From positions 2,970,001 to 3,002,000 of the forward strand of contig CP060262.1 in the NCBI GenBank assembly GCA_022646745.1: a stretch of DNA of 32,000 bases, in the 5' to 3' direction. The translations under genes were made by a program, and so were the position numbers. Below the pieces are notes generated by a model. That model worked only from the letters and a program-made list of their open reading frames with translations. It made no database searches and was not told the origin of the DNA. This document shows positions 24,073 to 30,633 of this stretch, in pieces. The stretch is from Planctomycetales bacterium (GTDB lineage: Bacteria > 4484-113 > JAFGCY01). Position 1 is the stretch's first letter. Every line of letters begins with the position of its first letter.

Positions 24073-25062
24073 CTAGTCGTTGAGCAGGCTGAAGAGCATC
24101 TTGAAATAGCCCTGCAGGAAGCTCACGAGGATCAGCGCAACGATTATACCCAAGATGATCGTCATCGCCGGTCCGGCCATCTTCGCCGAGTTGGCGATCT
24201 TGTACTTGGCGTCTTCCTTCAGGTACTTGGCGGACTTCAGCAGCATGTCGTCTATCGAGCCGCTGGCTTCCCCCGCGCCGACGAGGTTCGTCATGATCGC
24301 CGGGAAAGCCGGCTGGCTGCGGATGCACTGCTCAATCGTGCTGCCGTTCTTGATGCCGTAGTACAGGTTCTGCACGGCGCGGTCCACCAGCGGGTGCTGC
24401 ACCACCGGCATCGTGGCTTCCAGGCCCTCAAGGTAAGGCACGCCCGCACGCGTCATCATGCCGAAGGTCTGGCAGAAGCGCGCCACCGCCAGCTGGTGCA
24501 TGATCCCGCCGAAGAAGGGCACGATCATCGCCACGTAGCGCACCATGTTCTGGAAGAAGCGGAAGCGCAGCGCCAGCCAGAACAGGAAGATGCCGGCCAC
24601 CACCTTCAGCAGGATCACGCCGATCGTGTTCTGCATGAAGCCGAGGAAGGCCAGCACGAACACCGCACCGATCGCAGTCGCCGTCACGCAGCCGGGGTAG
24701 ATCATGGCGTTCTGCAGCGTGCGCTTGAGGTCTGCCTCGTCCTCGAAGAACTCCGCCAGCAGGGCGAAGGCGTACTCCAGGTTGCCGGTCTGCTCCGCAC
24801 TGCCCACCACGGCGGGCACCACGCTGTGGAACATCGTCTTGTACTCGCGGAAGCCGTCACTGGCCGGCTGGCCGTTGCTGACCATCGCCGCGATGTCATG
24901 CATCGCATTGCGGAAGTGGAAGGGCCCGGTCTTGCCCGCCATGTCGAGTGCGCCGTCAAGCGGCATCCCGGCATGCAGCATGGCTGACAGCTCACGGAAG
25001 GCCATCGCCTGGGTCTGGGCATTGACTCCCGGTGCCGCGGAGCGCGTGACGCTGTGGGACAT
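24073..25062 (-). CDS. type II secretion system F / PilC-family platform protein (compact, two T2SSF-like halves)
   Basis: Half 1: FRELSAMLHAGMPLDGAL...VVGSAEQTGNLEYAFALLAEFFEDE...MIYPG. Half 2: FCQTFGMMTRAGVPYLEGL...NLVGAGEASGSIDDMLLKSAKYLKED. Three TM regions. Confidence 0.7.
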   Translation of the reverse strand: MSHSVTRSAAPGVNAQTQAMAFRELSAMLHAGMPLDGALDMAGKTGPFHFRNAMHDIAAMVSNGQPASDGFREYKTMFHSVVPAVVGSAEQTGNLEYAFALLAEFFEDEADLKRTLQNAMIYPGCVTATAIGAVFVLAFLGFMQNTIGVILLKVVAGIFLFWLALRFRFFQNMVRYVAMIVPFFGGIMHQLAVARFCQTFGMMTRAGVPYLEGLEATMPVVQHPLVDRAVQNLYYGIKNGSTIEQCIRSQPAFPAIMTNLVGAGEASGSIDDMLLKSAKYLKEDAKYKIANSAKMAGPAMTIILGIIVALILVSFLQGYFKMLFSLLND

Positions 25063-25070
25063 GGATTCTG

Positions 25071-25076
25071 AGTATA
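25071..25076 (-). promoter_or_regulatory. -10 hexamer TATACT, 8 nt upstream of ATG 25062
   Basis: The minus strand reads acgaTATACTcagaatccATG. Confidence 0.35.
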
Positions 25077-25121
25077 TCGTCTAAAATCAGCCCCGGTTGA
25101 CCAACGGCAAAGGAGCACGGG

Positions 25122-25544
25122 ATGCGCGAAGCACCATCGGACAACATCTTCGGCAAGATCCTCAGGGGGGAAATCCCCAGCTGGGAGATCTACAGCGACG
25201 CGCATACCTACGCCTTCCTGGACATCTTCCCGCAGTCGATGGGTCACACGCTTGTGATCCCGCGCAGTTATTCCCTGCACCTCGGCGAAGCCACGGATGC
25301 GGAGGTAGGCGCCTGCCTGGCCACGGTGCGTCGCCTGCTGCCGGCTGTGCGTGACGGCGTAAATGCTGGAGGTGCCACCGTGCTGACCAACATCGGTGCT
25401 GAGGCCGGCCAGACCGTGCCCTACCTGCACTGGCACATCATCCCGCGCAGCAAGAGCGACCACGTCAGCCTTTACAAGCCTGGTGAACAGCTGCAGGCCG
25501 CGGATGCCGAGCGCATCCAGCAGGCGATCCGGGCCCTGCTTTAG
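25122..25544 (+). CDS. HIT-family (histidine triad) nucleotide hydrolase
   Basis: IFGKILRGEIP opening and the histidine triad YLHWHIIPR. SD aaggag lies 6 nt upstream. Confidence 0.9.
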   Translation: MREAPSDNIFGKILRGEIPSWEIYSDAHTYAFLDIFPQSMGHTLVIPRSYSLHLGEATDAEVGACLATVRRLLPAVRDGVNAGGATVLTNIGAEAGQTVPYLHWHIIPRSKSDHVSLYKPGEQLQAADAERIQQAIRALL

Positions 25545-25612
25545 CCTGGCCTGCATGTGGGACAATACCTGTCCCTTCACTTACAGATAGTGATCCTCAA
25601 AGGCACGGATAG

Positions 25613-26944
25613 ATGGAACAGTCACCTTATTTCTTCCCGAGACTGCCGGAGATCTCGGTAAACCCTGATGGCGAGCTCATGCTCGCGGGGCATCCCGCAC
25701 ATTCGCTCATGGAGCGCCATGGCTCGCCGCTGGTCGTCATCCTCGAGGATGCACTGCGGCGCAACTGCCAGGCCTGGATGCACCCCGCTGCCAACGGCAT
25801 CCGCTTCCGCATGTACTACGCCTCAAAGGCCCTGCTGACGACGGGAGTGGCGGCGCTGATGCACCAGGAGGGGCTCGGCATTGACGTGGTCTCGATGGGC
25901 GAAATGGCAACCGCGCTGGCCGGTGGCGTACCGCCGGAGATGGTGCTGATGCATGGCAACGCCAAGGACCGCGCCGAGCTGGAATACGCCGTGGAGCAAC
26001 GGGTCGGGCGGATCGTGATTGACAACCTGGAGGAGATCGGCCGCCTTGCCGAAGTGGTGCAGGCTGCCGGCATCCGCCAGAAGGTGTTCGTGCGCGTCAC
26101 CCCCGGCATCCGCCCCAGCACGCACCGCTACGTGCAGACCGGGCAGCAGGACAGCAAGTTCGGCTTCAACCTCGAAGGCGGGCTGGCCGAGCAGGCGGTG
26201 CTGCAGGTCTTGCGCCATCCCGAGCTTGAGCTGGTCGGCCTGCATTGCCACATCGGCAGCCAGGTGCTTGAGACTGAACCCTTCGTCGCCGCCGCCGGAC
26301 GGATGCTCGAGTTCTATGCCCATGTGCAGCAGGAGCTCGGTGCACCGCTGGACGAACTCAACCTCGGCGGCGGAATCGGCATCCGCTACAAGGACAGCGA
26401 TGCGCAGATGGATGCTGCGAGCCACATGGCGCGGCTGTACGAGTTCGTTGCCAAGTGGTGCGGCGAGCACGGCATCGACTGCCCGCTGATCTGCGATGAG
26501 CCGGGCCGCAGCATCATCGGCGAGACCGGTGTGACCCTCTACACCGTGCAGTCCACCAAGCGCATCGAGGAAGTACGCAACTATGCCAGTGTGGACGGCG
26601 GCATGACTGACAACCCGCGTTTTGCGCTGTATGAGGCCCGCCATCCGGTTGCGCCGGCCATGCGCATGCTGGACCGGCCGGACCAGCTCTGGAGTGTCTC
26701 CGGCAAGTGCTGTGAGACAGGTGACATGCTGATCCACGATGTGGAGATGTGTGAGCTGCATGCCGGTGACCTGCTGGCATTCTTCAGCACGGGAGCTTAC
26801 ACCTGGTCAATGGCGAGCAACTACAACCGCGTGGCCAGGCCTGCGGTGCTATTGCTCGGAAAGGACAGGGAAGGCTTGCTGGCGCGGCGGGAGACGGTCG
26901 AGGACCTGCTCAGCCTGGACAGCGTCCCGGACTGGCTGCGCTAG
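25613..26944 (+). CDS. lysA: diaminopimelate decarboxylase
   Basis: PLP-Lys motif YASKALL, HIGSQ, GGGIGIRY, EPGRSIIG, CETGD, GAYTWSMASNYN. Confidence 0.9.
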   Translation: MEQSPYFFPRLPEISVNPDGELMLAGHPAHSLMERHGSPLVVILEDALRRNCQAWMHPAANGIRFRMYYASKALLTTGVAALMHQEGLGIDVVSMGEMATALAGGVPPEMVLMHGNAKDRAELEYAVEQRVGRIVIDNLEEIGRLAEVVQAAGIRQKVFVRVTPGIRPSTHRYVQTGQQDSKFGFNLEGGLAEQAVLQVLRHPELELVGLHCHIGSQVLETEPFVAAAGRMLEFYAHVQQELGAPLDELNLGGGIGIRYKDSDAQMDAASHMARLYEFVAKWCGEHGIDCPLICDEPGRSIIGETGVTLYTVQSTKRIEEVRNYASVDGGMTDNPRFALYEARHPVAPAMRMLDRPDQLWSVSGKCCETGDMLIHDVEMCELHAGDLLAFFSTGAYTWSMASNYNRVARPAVLLLGKDREGLLARRETVEDLLSLDSVPDWLR

Positions 26945-27393
26945 CCGGCACTCTTCTGCTTGGCAGCCTGGGCCAGGCGCTTCGTCCAGTCGAGGGTCTC
27001 GTCCTCATGCTCCTCGACGATGCCGTCCACCATGTGGTTCTCGATCACGAGCTCGGCCCCGCAGTGGCGCAGGCGCTCCTCGAGCATCTCGACGGCCGTG
27101 CAGAAATCCGGCCAGGCGCTGTCCCCGGGACCGAAGGCCGCTGCCAGCTTGCCACTGAGCTTCATTGACTCAAGCTGGTCGTAGAAGGGCAGCATGTCCT
27201 CCTGGATCATCTTTGGCTCGTAGGTCGGGCTGCCGATGATTAGCAGGTCGTATTCGTCCAAGATCTCTGCAGTGACATCCATCACGTCGCGCATATCCGC
27301 CTCTATGCCGGACTGGCTGAGTCCGTCGCGGATGTAGCCCGCCATGGTCTCAGTGTTCCCCACGAAACTGCCGAATACGATGATTGTCTTCAT
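26941..27393 (-). CDS. short-chain flavodoxin
   Basis: MKTIIVFGSFVGNTETMA is the FMN phosphate loop (S/T-x-T-G-N-T-E type). Also LLIIGSPTY. About 150 aa. Confidence 0.85.
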   Translation of the reverse strand: MKTIIVFGSFVGNTETMAGYIRDGLSQSGIEADMRDVMDVTAEILDEYDLLIIGSPTYEPKMIQEDMLPFYDQLESMKLSGKLAAAFGPGDSAWPDFCTAVEMLEERLRHCGAELVIENHMVDGIVEEHEDETLDWTKRLAQAAKQKSAG

Positions 27394-27441
27394 GGATGCG
27401 TCGCCATCACTGGCGTAATCCCGCTAGGGAAGGGAGGAATA

Positions 27442-27515
27442 TCGGGCGGGCGAGATTCGAACTCGCGACCTCTACGTCCCGAACGTAGCGCTCTGCCTGA
27501 CTGAGCCACCGCCCG
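27442..27515 (-). tRNA. tRNA-Pro (anticodon CGG), CCA not encoded
   Basis: Minus strand: CGGGCGG TG GCTC AGTCAGGCA GAGC G CTACG TTCGGGA CGTAG AGGTC GCGAG TTCGAAT CTCGC CCGCCCG A. Full cloverleaf with a 7-bp acceptor stem, G37 and a TTCGAAT T-loop. Confidence 0.93.
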
Positions 27516-27526
27516 AAGGGAAAAGA

Positions 27527-27554
27527 ATTCTACCACGGAAAACACAAAGTCCAA
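27527..27554 (-). promoter_or_regulatory. sigma-70-type promoter for tRNA-Pro
   Basis: The minus strand reads TTGGAC-16 nt (ending cgTGg)-TAGAAT, then 11 nt to the mature tRNA 5' end. Confidence 0.6.
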
Positions 27555-27589
27555 GTGCGGTTTCGGCTTGGCTGATGAGCGTCTGGGTG

Positions 27590-28315
27590 CTAGTCAACAA
27601 GCATGGCGTGCCGGGTGCCGAGGCGGCCTTCGGAAATGAACTCCTCGAAGTCCTCCGGGTCCAGCAGCTGGCTCAGGGTATGGTAGTAGCGGACCTGGAT
27701 ATGCTGTTCGCTATCCCGCAGCAGCTGCAGCATGCGCTCGAAATTGGGCGGGCGACCTTCCAGGATGTCCACGAAGTTCTCGAGCTGGATGACCTCCAGA
27801 TCGACATTGACGACCGAAGTGGAATTGCAGTCGAAGTTGCGCGAGCGCGCCAGGCATAACTTGAGGATGTCCAGCTTCTTCTGCCTGAAGGCCGCCAGGC
27901 CGAGGCGTGACGCGGAATAATGGCCCCAGTGGCCGTCCACAGCGAGGCAGCGCATCACCTGTTCCTCAACGAGCTCCTCAAAGGCAGACAGCGCAACAGT
28001 GCGGCAGATCACGTCCTCCATGCAGCTGGTGCGGTAGTAGCTCAGCCGGGCGGTGAGCGCCACCTTGCGGCTGATTTCCTTGGCAGCGATCCCGAAACGC
28101 CGGGTATCGAAGCCGACCTGGGACAGCAGTGCCAGGAGGTACCAGCCGCTGGAATCCTGGATGCGCTCGCGTGGCCAGCGGTCCAGCAGGTCATTTGTCA
28201 GTTCCAGCACTCGGTCTATGTCCCCTCTGCCGAGTGCGTCATAGGCCATGCTGCGCAGTAGTCGCGCGTCACTTACCTGCTGGTCTTGTTGCTTGTTTTC
28301 CTCGTCCCCTGTCAC
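27590..28315 (-). CDS. hypothetical all-helical protein (no recognised family), divergent partner of the TPR-AAA+ gene
   Basis: 241-codon ORF with a GTG start and normal GC content and codon bias. The antisense ORFs are shorter and shadow-like. Confidence 0.55.
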   Translation of the reverse strand: MTGDEENKQQDQQVSDARLLRSMAYDALGRGDIDRVLELTNDLLDRWPRERIQDSSGWYLLALLSQVGFDTRRFGIAAKEISRKVALTARLSYYRTSCMEDVICRTVALSAFEELVEEQVMRCLAVDGHWGHYSASRLGLAAFRQKKLDILKLCLARSRNFDCNSTSVVNVDLEVIQLENFVDILEGRPPNFERMLQLLRDSEQHIQVRYYHTLSQLLDPEDFEEFISEGRLGTRHAMLVD

Positions 28316-28325
28316 GATTAGTCAG

Positions 28326-28440
28326 ATTATACATAAATTAAATGAATTGTGTGTTTGTGAAAGATTTCAATTTTCATATCACCCCTGAGACTGGTTGCAA
28401 TACGCTGGCCAGACTTATTGCGTTGTGACAGGGGTATAAT
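28326..28440. promoter_or_regulatory. AT-rich divergent promoter region with two perfect TATAAT boxes facing outward
   Basis: Minus strand: tatgTATAATctgactaatcGTG (box 28331..28326, 10 nt from the start). Plus strand: ggggTATAATggctcactgacATG (box 28435-28440, 11 nt from the start). Neither gene has an SD sequence. Confidence 0.5.
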
Positions 28441-28451
28441 GGCTCACTGAC

Positions 28452-30398
28452 ATGACCAAGCACTCCGAAGGCGGCAGGAAGCCGCAGCGGGACGATCTGG
28501 AACGCAATCTGCTTCCGTCTTCCCAGGATGGCAGGATCGATTTCGACGATGCCCTGCTGAAAATCAGGATCTCAGGTGACCAGGAAAGGATCCGCCTGTT
28601 CCTTGAACTCTCACGCACCCCCGGACTGACCCTGCTGAACCGCAGGCAGCTGCTGCTGTTCGCGGACCGCTATCTGCTGAGTGACAAGTCCGAGGTGATC
28701 AGCGGCCTAGACAAGGTGCTCAGCGCCATTGTTGAGCAGGCCGAATCTGACACCCTGACTGACAGGGTGCTCGAGCTGCTGACCAAGATCCAGGCATTCT
28801 GTCCCGCCGACAGGCTGATCCCGGCCCTGCCGGTTCCGCTGGAAGTGGTGCTCAACCGCGTACTGGGCCGTGACAGCCACGTGATTGCCACCCGGGTGAC
28901 GATCATCGAGGCCCTCAACCGGCTGGAGGAGGATGACCGCACCACCGCCGTCATCAACCTCGCCACGCTAGGCCTGATGCTGCATCCGTTCGACCGCGAG
29001 ATCCTCAGCCGCCGCTACAACGGCAACATCCTCAACGGCAGCTACGGCCTGGCCCGCCACGACCTGGATGTGCTGTGTGAGCTCTTCCCGGACGATGCCG
29101 GATTCCACGGGGATCGCATCGACGTGATGACCCGCCAGGATGACTACGACGCCGCGCTGGATGCCATTGAGGAGTTCAGCAAGCGCTTCGAGCTGGACAC
29201 CGAGATGCTTGCCCGCCGGGCGGACGGCCTGTACCAGCTGGGCCGCAACACGGAAGCACTGACTGAATATGACGACCTGCTGAAGCGTGACCCCGAGAAC
29301 ACCGAGATCCGCCTGTCCCGCATCCGCGTGTATGAGCAGCTCGACTTCTTTGAGGATGCCAACGCTGACCTCGAGAAGGTGCTGGAGGCAGAGCCGACCA
29401 ACATGGAGGCCCGACAGCTGCTGCGCAGCATGCAGATCCGCAAGCAGGGCTACGGCATCGAGGATGACCTCTACTCGCTGTTCCTGCGAGGTGACGACTC
29501 CAGCTTCATTGGCGACATCAAGATCCCCGAGGCCCGCTTCACAGACATCGGCGGATTGTCCGTTGCCAAGCAGAAGATCCGCGAAACGATTGAATACCCG
29601 CTGAAGTTCCCCGAGATCAGCAAGAAGTACGGCAAGGTGGCCGGCGGCGGCCTGATGTTCTTCGGCCCCCCGGGCTGCGGCAAGACCCTGCTGGCCAGGG
29701 CTGCTGCCGGCGAATGCGGTGTGACCTTCATCAACGTCAGCCTGGCCAGCGTGCTCGACAAGTGGGTCGGTAACTCGGAGAAGGCGATCAGCATGATCTT
29801 CTCCGCCGCCCGCAAGCATGCCCCGAGCATCATCTTCCTCGACGAGATGGACAGCATCGGCGGCAGCCGCGCCAGCTTCCAGGCCGGCTGGGAGAAGAAG
29901 CTGATCAGCCAGCTGCTGACGGAGCTTGACGGCATTGCCAGCCGCAATGAGAACGTGATGGTGCTCGGCGCCACCAATGCGCCCTGGGACGTGGACTTCG
30001 CGCTCAGGCGCCCGGGCCGGCTTGGCAACCTGTTGTTCATCCCGCCGCCGGACCTCACGAGCCGTGAGGAGATCTTCCGGCTCTACCTCAGCAAGAAGCC
30101 CTTTGTCAGTGACGACATCGACGTGCCGGAACTGGCACGGCTTACCGAGAAGTACAGCGCTGACAGCATCCGCCAGCTGGTGGAGAACGCGGCGGCGATC
30201 CCCTGGCGCGAGGCCATCAACGGTGCCGAACCGCGTCCGCTGTCAATGGTGGACCTGCAGGAAAGCCTGAAGACGATCGGGCCGGACCTCGCCGAATGGG
30301 AGAAGCTCGTCGTCAGGTACGAGGAGTTCGCCAAGCAGAGCATGCAGAAGAGCGGCATCGGCTTCCGCTCCGCCCAGAAGCGCGGCCAGGAGAAGTAG
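28452..30398 (+). CDS. TPR-repeat-containing AAA+ ATPase (classic CDC48/Vps4-like clade, single AAA module)
   Basis: Walker A GPPGCGKTLLA, Walker B IIFLDEMD, SRH region VLGATNAPWDVDFALRRPGRLG. The N-terminal approx. 380 aa are helical with TPR-like repeats (ALTEYDDLLKRDPENTEIRLSRIRVYEQLDFFEDANADLEKVLEAEP). Confidence 0.85.
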   Translation: MTKHSEGGRKPQRDDLERNLLPSSQDGRIDFDDALLKIRISGDQERIRLFLELSRTPGLTLLNRRQLLLFADRYLLSDKSEVISGLDKVLSAIVEQAESDTLTDRVLELLTKIQAFCPADRLIPALPVPLEVVLNRVLGRDSHVIATRVTIIEALNRLEEDDRTTAVINLATLGLMLHPFDREILSRRYNGNILNGSYGLARHDLDVLCELFPDDAGFHGDRIDVMTRQDDYDAALDAIEEFSKRFELDTEMLARRADGLYQLGRNTEALTEYDDLLKRDPENTEIRLSRIRVYEQLDFFEDANADLEKVLEAEPTNMEARQLLRSMQIRKQGYGIEDDLYSLFLRGDDSSFIGDIKIPEARFTDIGGLSVAKQKIRETIEYPLKFPEISKKYGKVAGGGLMFFGPPGCGKTLLARAAAGECGVTFINVSLASVLDKWVGNSEKAISMIFSAARKHAPSIIFLDEMDSIGGSRASFQAGWEKKLISQLLTELDGIASRNENVMVLGATNAPWDVDFALRRPGRLGNLLFIPPPDLTSREEIFRLYLSKKPFVSDDIDVPELARLTEKYSADSIRQLVENAAAIPWREAINGAEPRPLSMVDLQESLKTIGPDLAEWEKLVVRYEEFAKQSMQKSGIGFRSAQKRGQEK

Positions 30399-30399
30399 C

Positions 30400-30578
30400 G
30401 GAGGCCAGGCCGTTGGCTTGGCAATTGGAGGTGCGCAACTCGTTTGCGCACAATGACACCCTGCATTTGCCTACATGAAACATGGCAGCGTCTCAATTCG
30501 CATTGCTTAACCGTACCTCGATGCGGTATCCTTCCTGTTCAAGACTGGGCATTGTGTGCAGGCAAGCTGCACACCTCC
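30400..30578. repeat. GGAGG-hairpin-CAAT units: one generic unit plus an inverted pair of the 29-nt element flanking a 94-nt spacer
   Basis: GGAGG-CCAGGCC-GTT-GGCTTGG-CAAT (30400-30425). GGAGG-TGCGCAA-CTCGT-TTGCGCA-CAATG (30427-30455, plus strand). GGAGG-TGTGCAG-CTTGC-CTGCACA-CAATG (30578..30550, minus strand). Confidence 0.85.
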
Positions 30579-30579
30579 T

Positions 30580-30616
30580 AAAAAAAAGGGAGCGCCACTG
30601 GCACTCCCTTTCTGTT
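30580..30616. terminator. bidirectional intrinsic terminator (strongest for the minus-strand gene, T8 tail)
   Basis: AAAAAAAA-GGGAGCGCCACTGGCACTCCC-TTTCTGTT. Confidence 0.75.
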
Positions 30617-30633
30617 AACTCGATGCTTGAGTC

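Noticed and set aside
24029-24328. The N-terminal 100 residues of the 393-aa track ORF 23147..24328
   Set aside because: This stretch overlaps the 3' end of the GspF-like gene in another frame and is R/G/D/Q-rich shadow sequence. The hydrophobic, coherent protein begins only after the upstream stop at 24073.
27394-28450. Integrated mobile element at tRNA-Pro
   Set aside because: There is no integrase gene and no direct repeat of the tRNA 3' end that I could find. The genes on the 3' side of the tRNA (flavodoxin, lysA) are housekeeping, and GC content is normal except in the intergenic promoter region.
30453-30581. 42-codon Cys-containing ORF (MTPCICLHETWQRLNSHCLTVPRCGILPVQDWALCAGKLHTS) spanning exactly from the CAATG of the left repeat to just past the right repeat
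   Set aside because: Its codon usage is AT-ending and atypical for this genome. The nearest SD-like GGAGG is 22 nt away and sits in a hairpin. The equivalent position in the 8270-8362 copy encodes only 8 codons, so no ORF is conserved.
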